A DNA stretch of 64,000 nt from Eubacteriales bacterium (GTDB lineage: Bacteria > Bacillota > Clostridia > Oscillospirales > CAG-272). Positions 37,535 through 46,611 of this stretch are shown here, in pieces (position 1 is the stretch's first letter; each line of letters begins with the position of its first letter). The DNA is taken from the NCBI GenBank assembly GCA_045605765.1, contig JAZUQQ010000057.1, positions 49,421 to 113,420 of the forward strand. Reading direction: 5' to 3'. The notes beneath the pieces were generated by a model. The model was given only the letters and a program-made list of their open reading frames with translations. It was not told the DNA's origin and made no database searches. The translations under genes and the position numbers were made by a program.

Positions 37535-40154
37535 CCCATATCTGCTTCTTATAGTACTTCCCCTTATACTTCTCATCCTAGTTCCCTTCTTTATAGCGGT
37601 ACGGAAGGAGAATAAATCGAAAAGCACGACCGCTTCGCTCGTTCTTCATTTGGTTATAGCTATATGCATAACGGTAGCTCTAGCCGGAACGGTTTTGACC
37701 GCAGTTATAACCAAGACCGAAGTTTACGTCGTTGCAGACCTTTCATACTCTTCAAACAGAAGCCTTGACAGGATCGACGGATATATCGAAGATGTGAAGG
37801 ACAATCTTCCGATAAATTCGAAGCTCGGAGTAGTATGCTTCGGAAAGGATGTTATCCTTCACACCGAGCTTGGTGACAGGATCACAAGCGTTATAGACGC
37901 AAAGGTCGATGAAGGTGCCACCGATATATCCTCTGCGCTGGAATATACCTCCACACTTTTCGGAGACGATTGTCTCAAACGAATCGTACTGATAACCGAC
38001 GGAAAGGAGACCGATACCGATGCTACGGGCAAGCTTATCGGAACTATTGAAAAGCTTTACTCTCAAAACATAGCCGTCGATGCGATATATCTGAACAACA
38101 ATATTACTCCTGACGTAAAAGAGGTTCAGCTTACGGGGGTTGATTTTACTAAATCGACCTATGTAAATCATGAGGTAACGGCGGACGTCCTCGTTCAATC
38201 CAATCAGGAGTCAAGAGCTATTGCAAAGCTTTTTATGGGAGAAAACGAGATCGACAGCCGTGCACTCACGCTTACCAAGGGATACAACATTTTCAGCTTC
38301 GATCTGCCGACGTCGCAGGCAGGCTCGTTTGATTATACGGTCAGAATAATCTCGGACGACGACACGCTTGATATTAACAACGATTACTGCTTTACGCAGA
38401 ATGTAACAGGAGAGCTGAACGTTCTTATCGTAACCTCAAAGCAAAGCGACGTTGAGCGCGCCAAAGCCATTTACGGCGAAAGTGCAACTATCGACTCCTT
38501 CGTTATAACAAGCAAGAAGCTCGACGTTCCTTGCAGTATCGAGGAGCTTTGCAAGTACGACGAGATAATTCTCTCTGATGTGGACGTGCGCGAGATAAAC
38601 AACTACACCGCGTTTATCGACGCAATAGATAAATCGGTATCTCTGTTCGGCAAGAGTCTTGTAACTATGGGGGATCTGAAAATTCAGAACAAGACTGACG
38701 ACATTCTGAAACAACTTGAAGATATGCTTCCCATAAAATTCGGAAACAGTGATCAGGACCCAAAGCTTTACGCGATAGTCATTGACTCCTCGCGCAGTAT
38801 GCAGAATTTTTCGCGTCTCATTATCGCAAAGCAGGCAGCTATACAGCTTCTCGATTTTCTCGGCGAGGACGACTATGTAATGGTAGTCAACTTCTGGGGC
38901 GAGATAAACGTATTGCAGTCTCCGATAAGAGCATCTGACGACAACAAGGCAACGCTTACTAAGAAAATAAACTCGATAGAACCTTATCAAGGCACAGTGA
39001 TTGGAACCGCGCTTGACAAGGCAGGCGACCTTATGATAGATCTTGCTTTCGATGAAAAGCAGATAATGCTGATCAGCGACGGTATGTCCTACACGCTTGA
39101 TAGCGACACTCCTTCCGACGTAGTAGCAAGACTTCATGATAACGGAATTACGACGTCGGTAATACACGCACCGCCTCGCGAAGAGGGTATAGCAACTCTC
39201 AAAGGTATCGCAAGCGCGGGTGGCGGTGAGTATTATGAGATAACAAATGAAAAAGAGCTTGACGAGATAATGTTCTCTGAAATTGCCGACGATATAACCG
39301 AATCGGTCATAGAAAAGCAGACGTCAATTAAGATAAAGCTTGAAAAGGACGGCGTTCTCAACGGTATCTCTTCTCTCCCCGATATTTGCGGATACACCTA
39401 CGCCAAGGCAAAATCAAGCGCATCTACCGTTCTTGCCCTTGATTATATAAAGAGTAGCGGCGCGTCGATAGAGGTTCCTCTTTATTCATATTGGAGCTAC
39501 GGAGAGGGTAAGGTCGCTTCGTTTACAAGCTCGCTTTCGGGCGCTTGGACGAGTCTGTGGCAAAAGGGTGACGCTTCCCTTTTCTTCGATAATATGACGA
39601 AAGAGTGCATACCCGATGAACGCATCGGTTATCCTTATACCCTTAACGTAGAGTACGACGGAACATATTCAACAGTCGAGATAATTCCTGCTTCGCTAAA
39701 TCCGAGCGTAACTGCGGACGCTACCGTTACTTTTCCCGACGGATCTGCAATAAGCGAGCACCTGACGTTCGACTCGTCGAGATATTTCTACAAGTTCGAA
39801 ACGCCGACGAGTGGAAAATATCAGATAAAGATCGTTTACGCCTTCGGAAAGCAGTCTTTTGAGGCAACAGATGAGTTCAGTCTGTCCTACTCGCCCGAAT
39901 ACGATATGTTTGCAGTCTTTGATCCTTCAAGCCTGCACGCGGCAATAAGAAACAGAGGAACCGTAAGCGAGGAAAGTGTTCCCGAAATTAAAAACGACGA
40001 AGACAAAGTCGCTACATATACCCTTCCTCTCACCGCACCGCTTATGATAATTGCGGTACTCGCTTATATTGCGGACATAATTATAAGAAAACTCAAAATA
40101 AGCGACATAAAGAGCTTCTTTAAAATAAGACCAAAGCAAGGAGGAGTCAGATAA
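37512..40154 (+). CDS. large VWA-domain membrane protein (N-terminal double-TM, two VWA-like regions, C-terminal TM)
   Basis: DxSxS motifs VVADLSYS and VIDSSRSM, with a central NVLIVTS...ILSDV region. The start overlaps the previous gene by 23 nt. Confidence 0.8.
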   Translation: MTNISFDNPYLLLIVLPLILLILVPFFIAVRKENKSKSTTASLVLHLVIAICITVALAGTVLTAVITKTEVYVVADLSYSSNRSLDRIDGYIEDVKDNLPINSKLGVVCFGKDVILHTELGDRITSVIDAKVDEGATDISSALEYTSTLFGDDCLKRIVLITDGKETDTDATGKLIGTIEKLYSQNIAVDAIYLNNNITPDVKEVQLTGVDFTKSTYVNHEVTADVLVQSNQESRAIAKLFMGENEIDSRALTLTKGYNIFSFDLPTSQAGSFDYTVRIISDDDTLDINNDYCFTQNVTGELNVLIVTSKQSDVERAKAIYGESATIDSFVITSKKLDVPCSIEELCKYDEIILSDVDVREINNYTAFIDAIDKSVSLFGKSLVTMGDLKIQNKTDDILKQLEDMLPIKFGNSDQDPKLYAIVIDSSRSMQNFSRLIIAKQAAIQLLDFLGEDDYVMVVNFWGEINVLQSPIRASDDNKATLTKKINSIEPYQGTVIGTALDKAGDLMIDLAFDEKQIMLISDGMSYTLDSDTPSDVVARLHDNGITTSVIHAPPREEGIATLKGIASAGGGEYYEITNEKELDEIMFSEIADDITESVIEKQTSIKIKLEKDGVLNGISSLPDICGYTYAKAKSSASTVLALDYIKSSGASIEVPLYSYWSYGEGKVASFTSSLSGAWTSLWQKGDASLFFDNMTKECIPDERIGYPYTLNVEYDGTYSTVEIIPASLNPSVTADATVTFPDGSAISEHLTFDSSRYFYKFETPTSGKYQIKIVYAFGKQSFEATDEFSLSYSPEYDMFAVFDPSSLHAAIRNRGTVSEESVPEIKNDEDKVATYTLPLTAPLMIIAVLAYIADIIIRKLKISDIKSFFKIRPKQGGVR

Positions 40155-40155
40155 T

Positions 40156-41736
40156 ATGAAAAGATCACTGAGTATTATTATCGCTGTTTTGCTCATTCTT
40201 GCTACGCTCTTTACTTCCTGCGGAGAATATACTCCGGCAGGCGGAGGCGACACAAACAAAGATCCTGATGCAAGCAAAAATCCGGACGGCAGTACCGACA
40301 CCGACGACGAGGATCTTTTCTCCGTTTCGCTATCCTATGACGGAAAGACCTATATTCCCTCTCCCGATAAAGAAATCTACGCTCAGTGGAATGACGGCTT
40401 TTCCTTCCACAAGGCAAGGCTGGGTGAGGACGGAGTCGCAAAAATCGGCGGTCTTGACGGAGATTATCAGGTAACTCTATCAGATATTCCTGACGGTTAT
40501 GGATATAATCCGAATGTTTACAAAGCCACAAACAACCAAAAGCATATAGTTATAGAGCTTCACAAGCTCGTCGAAACAAGAGGTAAAGGGCAGAGCCTTT
40601 ACAACTGCATCTCTATAAGATCAACGGGTGTTTACTGCGTAGAGATCGACGGAGAAAAGGACGAGGTGTTCTTCGAATTCGCCCCGAGAGAAAGCGGAAC
40701 TTATTCGGTACACTCGTGGACCGATACGGTCGCTAACGCCGTCAACCCCAAAGCAAACTACTACGGCGCAAACGCCTACTTCAAGCAGTATGACTTTACC
40801 GCAGATAGCGGCGGTGCGGAATCTTCGTTCACCAAAAATTTCAAGCTCGACGTCAAAATCGCAGATGAAATGATAGGCGCAAACGGTCAGGTCACCTTCA
40901 CCTTCGGAATTCTCGCAGATTCCAAAAGCGGTGAATATCCGATAAAGGTATATTTCGTCGTAATGCTTGACGGAGAATTTTCACTCAGTCACACCGAGTC
41001 AGATATAATCATTCCAAAGGAAGAACTCGTTCAGCAACCAAACTACGATCCAAAAAAATATGAACTTATCGGACCCGAAATATCAAAAACGGTAAACGGA
41101 GTTACCGCTAAAGTCTTCGACGGCTCAATGTATAAGCTCTGGGAGCGTTCCGATGGCGGTGACGGATATTATCACCTTTACAGTATCGAAAAATATCCCG
41201 ACACTCAGGGTTTTGGTCCCATTTTGTACGCTTTTGTAGATATGCCGTGCAGATTTATAGACTCAGCTTTTTCCACTATAGAGCTTGCAGGAAACAAGGT
41301 ACTTACCGTATCGGGCGGAACTGAAAATTACAAGCTGTTTATCGAAGGATTCGATGCTCTTCTCGTTGATCCCCCAGGAGACAGCGGACCGTATTTCTGC
41401 GTAACCAACTGTCCCTGCCGTCTCAGAAACCAGTGCGAAAGCTTAAAGGAAGGCTACGCAGTCGGCGCTTGTACCGATGCTTGCACACACTGCCACGCCG
41501 ATTGCAGAAGATGTCCCGAGGAAGCTCTCGGTCAGAAAGGCTACACCGATTACTGCAACTCGGACGGAGTTTACGCTGTAACACAGGAGCTTAAAGATTT
41601 CTTGCAGAAGTACAGTATATCTCAGCTTCTCTTTTTCGACGGAAACGGATTTGTTGAAACGAATCCAAGTATTTCGATATACGCCGACGAGGACGACCAA
41701 TGGCTGTTTGCCTGCGGTTATTACGTAGAAAAGTAA
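40156..41736 (+). CDS. lipoprotein with Cys-rich C-terminal module
   Basis: Lipobox LFTSC. It contains DGDYQVTLSDIPDGYGY (a prealbumin-like motif) and 10 Cys in 53 aa (41398-41556). It starts 1 nt after the VWA gene stop, with a GGAGGA RBS. Confidence 0.75.
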   Translation: MKRSLSIIIAVLLILATLFTSCGEYTPAGGGDTNKDPDASKNPDGSTDTDDEDLFSVSLSYDGKTYIPSPDKEIYAQWNDGFSFHKARLGEDGVAKIGGLDGDYQVTLSDIPDGYGYNPNVYKATNNQKHIVIELHKLVETRGKGQSLYNCISIRSTGVYCVEIDGEKDEVFFEFAPRESGTYSVHSWTDTVANAVNPKANYYGANAYFKQYDFTADSGGAESSFTKNFKLDVKIADEMIGANGQVTFTFGILADSKSGEYPIKVYFVVMLDGEFSLSHTESDIIIPKEELVQQPNYDPKKYELIGPEISKTVNGVTAKVFDGSMYKLWERSDGGDGYYHLYSIEKYPDTQGFGPILYAFVDMPCRFIDSAFSTIELAGNKVLTVSGGTENYKLFIEGFDALLVDPPGDSGPYFCVTNCPCRLRNQCESLKEGYAVGACTDACTHCHADCRRCPEEALGQKGYTDYCNSDGVYAVTQELKDFLQKYSISQLLFFDGNGFVETNPSISIYADEDDQWLFACGYYVEK

Positions 41737-41801
41737 ACCGAATTATTCAAGTTTTCAATTAAATTGAAATAAATTTTATGCTTTTAAAGGAGGCAAGTTT
41801 T

Positions 41802-43928
41802 ATGAAGAGAATTCTTTCTCTCGTTCTTTGCCTTGTAATTGCACTCAGTGCATTTGCAAGCTGCAAGGGACACACACACACCTTCGCGAGCGAGTGGTCT
41901 TCGGACGCTGAAAATCACTGGCACGCGGCAAACTGCGAGCACACTTCCGAAAAATCGGATCTTGCCGCACACACAGGCACCGAGGACGGCGTTTGTGACG
42001 TTTGTGAGTACGTTAGTGCCTACATAGTTACGGTTAATGCTCCCGACAACGTAACGATCGACGGCACTCTTTCGGGTGCTCCCAACACCGACGTTACCTT
42101 CAAGGCAACCGTTGACGACGCATACGCTCTTACCGTAAATGGTGCAGAGATCGTAGGTGAGCCCGAGGCTAAGGACTCGAAGCTCGTTTACACAATCAAA
42201 GTTGCATCTATTAAAGCGGCTACTACGGTTGACATTTCTGCTCACAAGACTGTTTACGGCGCAGAGATTGCATCGGGCGAGGGCGCTATTGAGGACGCGA
42301 TAGCTTGGCAGACCAAACAAGGAAGCGTTACCGTTACTCTTCCCGCGGCAGGCAAGTACGCTATCTTCGCTACAGACGAATCGAGCGTTATGTTTGGTGC
42401 AAACACCGAAGATTCCGAATTTTTCCAGGTTTACAAATTTGAAGCAACCCAGGCAGGTGAGCTCGTAATTAAAACCAGCGTATGGCCGATGACAGTTGCC
42501 GAGGACGGCATAGTTCCCTTTGAATACGTAGTCGTTTCGTGCGAAGACGTAACTCTCGTAGGAAACAATGGCAAATATACCCTTCCAGCAGGTGTTAAGA
42601 CGGACATCACCTTCACAGCACCTACCGCAGGTATTTACCAGATCTCTTCGAGCGCAGAGTCTCTCTCTTGGAATGATATGCTCGACAGCTCGGTAATCCT
42701 TAATGCAACCGAGGACGGTCAGGAGCTCACCTTTACGCTCCAGTGTCAAGACTTCACCGCTTCTACCTTTGAGTTTGATTACAGCGTAATTGCTCTTAGT
42801 GCAAATACAGCAAATCAGGGCGCAAACAATGCCGAGATTACTTACGGCAAGTATTACGGCATGGAGTTCACCGCTCCCAAGGCAGGCGCATACAGCATCG
42901 TTATCGACAGCGAGTTTGCTATGTTCTATCAGTGGAACAGCGACTACAACTTTATGCAGGGCATTTGGGGTGATTTCATCACCGAAAACCTTGAAGCAAA
43001 CGAGAAGATCTCCTTCTATGTTCTCGCTGACAATGAAGAGGCTGCTGAGGATACTCTCGCCGCTGTTATCACTATCACCCACGCCGGATATCTCGTAAGC
43101 GATGAAAACGGCGTATACAATTCTCAGGCAAGCGCAGACGGCGTACTCAACGTATTCAATGATGCTTGGGCAGGTGCAACCTTCGTTATCAAGGCACCCG
43201 AGGGATTTGAGATCAGCGTTGATAACGGCACGACTTGGGCAAATGAGGTAAAGGTTACCGCAGAGAGCGGATCTATCGCATACCTCGTTAAGGGCGCAGG
43301 AGAAAGTGCAGGCGTTACTATCGAGGAGTTTGAGAACAAGATCGAGCTTACTATCGGCACGACTACCGTTACTCTTACCCCCGGCGTAGAATACAACGTT
43401 TACGTAAGCGGCTACACCAGCCAGTCGATGTGGAAATCTATCGTAATGAGTTGGAACAATGAAAACGTATCAGGCTATGCGGGCTGGGCTCCTATGGTTT
43501 CTGGCGGTCAGATCAACAATGTTATGGCAGGAAGCGCAGTAGGTGCTGTTTCGCTTAGCGGTGATACTGCGGCAGAGGTCACCTTCACGGTTGCTGACGT
43601 TACCGTTGACGATATCGGCGGCGGAGACATTGGCGGCGGAGATACTACCGATGGAACAGCACTTGTTCTCGGAGAGAACTCAATCGTTGTTGTTAACGCG
43701 TTCCTCGGCGTAAACGTAACCTTCACCGCAACTGAGGCGGGCACCTACACAATCAGCGCGGCTGACGGAGAGCTTAACGCGGCCTGCGGTACCGAAAATG
43801 CATACGGATTTTCCACATTCAATCTTCCTTACGAGATCGAGCTTGCGGCAGGTGAAAGCTTTTCCTTCCTGGTTATGACCGGCAATTTCGAGGCTGATAC
43901 CATTGACCTCGTAGTTACAAAGAACTAA
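41802..43928 (+). CDS. large lipoprotein with repeated beta-sandwich-like modules
   Basis: Lipobox SAFASC, with AAAGGAGG RBS at the MKRILSL start. It has a His/Cys-rich N-terminus, recurring xFxFTAxxxGxYxI modules and a DIGGG x2 repeat. Confidence 0.8.
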   Translation: MKRILSLVLCLVIALSAFASCKGHTHTFASEWSSDAENHWHAANCEHTSEKSDLAAHTGTEDGVCDVCEYVSAYIVTVNAPDNVTIDGTLSGAPNTDVTFKATVDDAYALTVNGAEIVGEPEAKDSKLVYTIKVASIKAATTVDISAHKTVYGAEIASGEGAIEDAIAWQTKQGSVTVTLPAAGKYAIFATDESSVMFGANTEDSEFFQVYKFEATQAGELVIKTSVWPMTVAEDGIVPFEYVVVSCEDVTLVGNNGKYTLPAGVKTDITFTAPTAGIYQISSSAESLSWNDMLDSSVILNATEDGQELTFTLQCQDFTASTFEFDYSVIALSANTANQGANNAEITYGKYYGMEFTAPKAGAYSIVIDSEFAMFYQWNSDYNFMQGIWGDFITENLEANEKISFYVLADNEEAAEDTLAAVITITHAGYLVSDENGVYNSQASADGVLNVFNDAWAGATFVIKAPEGFEISVDNGTTWANEVKVTAESGSIAYLVKGAGESAGVTIEEFENKIELTIGTTTVTLTPGVEYNVYVSGYTSQSMWKSIVMSWNNENVSGYAGWAPMVSGGQINNVMAGSAVGAVSLSGDTAAEVTFTVADVTVDDIGGGDIGGGDTTDGTALVLGENSIVVVNAFLGVNVTFTATEAGTYTISAADGELNAACGTENAYGFSTFNLPYEIELAAGESFSFLVMTGNFEADTIDLVVTKN
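43611..43640 (+). repeat. tandem 15-nt coding repeat (DIGGG DIGGG)
   Basis: GATATCGGCGGCGGA followed by GACATTGGCGGCGGA. Confidence 0.85.
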
Positions 43929-43946
43929 AATAAACAGTACAAATTA

Positions 43947-43980
43947 CTCCCGAACGTTTTAGTTCGGGAGATTTGTTTTT
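43947..43980 (+). terminator. intrinsic terminator
   Basis: CTCCCGAAC-gtttta-GTTCGGGAG followed by ATTTGTTTTT. Confidence 0.85.
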
Positions 43981-44042
43981 ATATATTGTGTACGATTTCT
44001 GTATATTTTTTAATTATTTCTTAATATTTTTCCATAAAAGTG

Positions 44043-44071
44043 TTGACATATCAAGAATTTGGTGTTAAAAT
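44043..44071 (+). promoter_or_regulatory. sigma-A promoter
   Basis: TTGACA-17 nt-TAAAAT with extended -10 TGT. Confidence 0.75.
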
Positions 44072-44121
44072 ATTATTACTAAAACTAAATTAGTTTAATT
44101 TAAATATGAAAGGAATAAAAA

Positions 44122-44961
44122 ATGAAAAAGATTCTTTCTACCCTTTTAATTCTCGCTATGGTACTTACTATGGCACTTACTGTTTCGGCAGCAGCTTCTA
44201 TCGCTACTCTTTTCACCGGAAACTACATTGCATATGTGCAGATGCCCGGCGGCAATATGCCTATGTATGAGGTTTCCTTCACTCCCAGCAATGCTTCTCA
44301 GGGTACGTTTGATATTGTTGACAACTATACCACTCAGTACACCGGAACTTACTCCTATTCGGTAGATTCTACCGATACTGTCACTGTAATGGCTGGCACT
44401 GATGACATTTCTTCTGTGCTCAACTTTAAGCAGGACAACGGAGAGCTTACCCTTGTAATTCGTGGAACTGACTATCCCCTCACTGCAAGCACTGGTAGTA
44501 TCACACCTCAGAACCCTGAACTCGTTATCGGCGCAAACGCTATTGATGTTGAAGTAGTAAACAACTTCTGCGCAGGCGTGGATGCTACTTTCACTGCTAC
44601 CGAAGCAGGTACTTACATTCTCTCTGTTGCTGACGACGAAGATAACGCAAGCGTTGCTTACTATGGCGATCCTAACGACTACAGCGACGATGTTTGGGAC
44701 GTTTTTGAAGAAGGAGATTATGAATTCACTCTCGCGGCAGGCGAAAGCATTACTTTCAACATTGCTACATCTGATGTTATGCTTACTGAAGACACTATCG
44801 ACCTCGTTCTCACCAAGCAGGGTGCACAGGGCGGCGGAAATGCAGGCGGCGGCTCTGTAAACACCGGCGACAACGTAGCTCTCTACGTTGCAGTTGGCGC
44901 AGTTGCTCTCGCTTCTATCTTCGGATGCGCTATCGTTTCCAAGAAGAGAGTTACCGAGTAA
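44122..44961 (+). CDS. secreted protein with C-terminal membrane anchor; paralogous C-terminal module shared with the 41802-43928 protein
   Basis: Signal peptide ..LTVSAAAS. It shares the block TFTATEAGTY...LAAGES...TIDLVLTKQ. Gly-rich linker, then hydrophobic helix, then KKRVTE. Confidence 0.8.
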   Translation: MKKILSTLLILAMVLTMALTVSAAASIATLFTGNYIAYVQMPGGNMPMYEVSFTPSNASQGTFDIVDNYTTQYTGTYSYSVDSTDTVTVMAGTDDISSVLNFKQDNGELTLVIRGTDYPLTASTGSITPQNPELVIGANAIDVEVVNNFCAGVDATFTATEAGTYILSVADDEDNASVAYYGDPNDYSDDVWDVFEEGDYEFTLAAGESITFNIATSDVMLTEDTIDLVLTKQGAQGGGNAGGGSVNTGDNVALYVAVGAVALASIFGCAIVSKKRVTE

Positions 44962-44987
44962 TTCTTTTATACAACTGATTTAGTTTT

Positions 44988-45017
44988 AAACAGCAGGCTT
45001 TATGCCTGCTGTTTTTT
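44988..45017 (+). terminator. intrinsic terminator
   Basis: AAACAGCAGGC-tttat-GCCTGCTGTTTTTT. Confidence 0.88.
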
Positions 45018-45047
45018 GTCCGTACAAGGTTTTTAAATATAAAAGAC

Positions 45048-45076
45048 TTGCAATACGGTAAAAAAAATGATATAAT
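45048..45076 (+). promoter_or_regulatory. sigma-A promoter
   Basis: TTGCAA-17 nt-TATAAT with extended -10 TGA. Confidence 0.75.
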
Positions 45077-45106
45077 ATGGTATCATACGTTAATTCGGAG
45101 GAAAAA

Positions 45107-46459
45107 ATGAAAAAAATCATATCAATATGCGCGCTTTTGCTCGCATCGCTTCTTATATTTACGGCATGCGACGAAAGCACTCCGTGTGACGTGCACACCG
45201 ACGAAAACTCCGACGGCATCTGCGACGTCTGCCGCGAAGAGGTCTCCCTCGACTGCACCTCACATACCGACGCAGATTCGGACGGAAAATGCGACGCTTG
45301 TGGCGACGAGGTATCCGCTCCCGCTATTATGATCGATTACACCATCGTCGTTACCGATCAGGACGGTGAGAAGATCGAAGGTGCAGAGCTTACTATATAT
45401 GCAGGCTTTGACAAGGCGGCGAGCGCAACAACCGACTCTGACGGAAAAATATCGGTAAAGCTTGCCGAGGGTCAGTACACTGTGAGCTTTGATCTACTTC
45501 CTGACGGGTATTTTCCCTACGAGGCATCTACTCTCATACTGGTATCTTTGGAAACAAACAGCACCGAAATTCTCGTCGAGAACACAATTCCCGACGGAAG
45601 CAAGGAAAGGCCCTTCCCGGTATCTTTCGAAAATCCGAGTATATCGCTTCCCGCAAATGCATCTTTCTATTTTTCACTTGGCGGCGGAAGGCGAATTATG
45701 AAGCTTTCTGCGACAGATATTGAGCTCGTCTACAATGACAATACTTACACTCCCGACAGCAACGGAAATATTGAGATAAAATTCACTCCCGAAAGTCAGT
45801 TCTCACCTACAATTATTAAATTCACAAACAAATCAAATAGTGAAAAGATAATCGATCTGACCTTTGAGTCTATTCTCGGCTCGCCCGAACGTCCCTTCGA
45901 GGCAAAGATCGAGACAACATACTCAACTCGTATAGAAAAGGAAAACACTCTGTATTACCAGCTTATCGCCGATAAAGCGGGGTTTATCTGCGTAACCTCC
46001 TATACACCTCACGGCACGATAATGCTTTACAACAAGACGACTATGGAAGTTTCTGCATATACACAGGGCAAGGTTTGCGAGTATATTTGGGTGAACACAG
46101 GAGATGAGCTTTCGGTAGCAATCGCTTCCACAAGCAAGGACGATATCAGCAGCGTGGATTTTCTCCTTACTTATGCAAAGGGTGACGCGGATATGCCGAT
46201 CATTCTGCTTGACAATACGGTAAATTTCTCAATTCCCGCAGGAAAAGAATACAGCTTCGTTTCACTGCTTCTCGGGGCCGACACATTTAAAATCAAGGAC
46301 AAAAACGTAACTGTCAAGATAAACGGAACTGAGCTTACTGCCGACGAAAACGGAAATATTGAATACCGCTTTGCTCCGGGAGATCTTATTACTATATTAA
46401 ACCTCACCGAAGAACGTCACGAGGTTACTATACGGTTAACAGCCTCTACCGAGCAATAA
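45107..46459 (+). CDS. lipoprotein with duplicated HTDxxSDGxCDxC motif and beta-sandwich-like modules
   Basis: Lipobox IFTAC, with GGAGGA RBS at the MKKIISI start. Motif copies are CDVHTDENSDGICDVCREEV and CTSHTDADSDGKCDACGDEV. It also contains EGQYTVSFDLLPDGYFPY. Confidence 0.8.
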   Translation: MKKIISICALLLASLLIFTACDESTPCDVHTDENSDGICDVCREEVSLDCTSHTDADSDGKCDACGDEVSAPAIMIDYTIVVTDQDGEKIEGAELTIYAGFDKAASATTDSDGKISVKLAEGQYTVSFDLLPDGYFPYEASTLILVSLETNSTEILVENTIPDGSKERPFPVSFENPSISLPANASFYFSLGGGRRIMKLSATDIELVYNDNTYTPDSNGNIEIKFTPESQFSPTIIKFTNKSNSEKIIDLTFESILGSPERPFEAKIETTYSTRIEKENTLYYQLIADKAGFICVTSYTPHGTIMLYNKTTMEVSAYTQGKVCEYIWVNTGDELSVAIASTSKDDISSVDFLLTYAKGDADMPIILLDNTVNFSIPAGKEYSFVSLLLGADTFKIKDKNVTVKINGTELTADENGNIEYRFAPGDLITILNLTEERHEVTIRLTASTEQ

Positions 46460-46530
46460 CACAAAAAGGAACTCTTAGGGGTATCTGCGATCGAGCAGTA
46501 TCAAATTGAATAATACCTACCGACAGGAAA

Positions 46531-46565
46531 AGGACGAAGAATAATTAAAATTCCTCGTCCTTTTT
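46531..46565 (+). terminator. intrinsic terminator
   Basis: AGGACGAAGAA-n9-TTCCTCGTCCT with one mismatch, followed by TTTTT. Confidence 0.75.
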
Positions 46566-46611
46566 CTTGACAAGCACTGACTTAATTAAAGACACCAAAG
46601 CAATAATAATT

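Noticed and set aside
41784-43082. 432-aa ORF on the minus strand
   Set aside because: It is entirely antisense to the well-supported 716-aa lipoprotein gene. Its composition is odd (Cys/Val/Asn/Arg-rich), it has no RBS, and it looks like a stop-poor antisense frame created by the codon bias of the sense gene.
43611-43640. Short tandem repeats screened as possible CRISPR or VNTR
   Set aside because: There are only two 15-nt in-frame copies encoding DIGGG inside a CDS. No repeat-spacer architecture occurs anywhere in the window.
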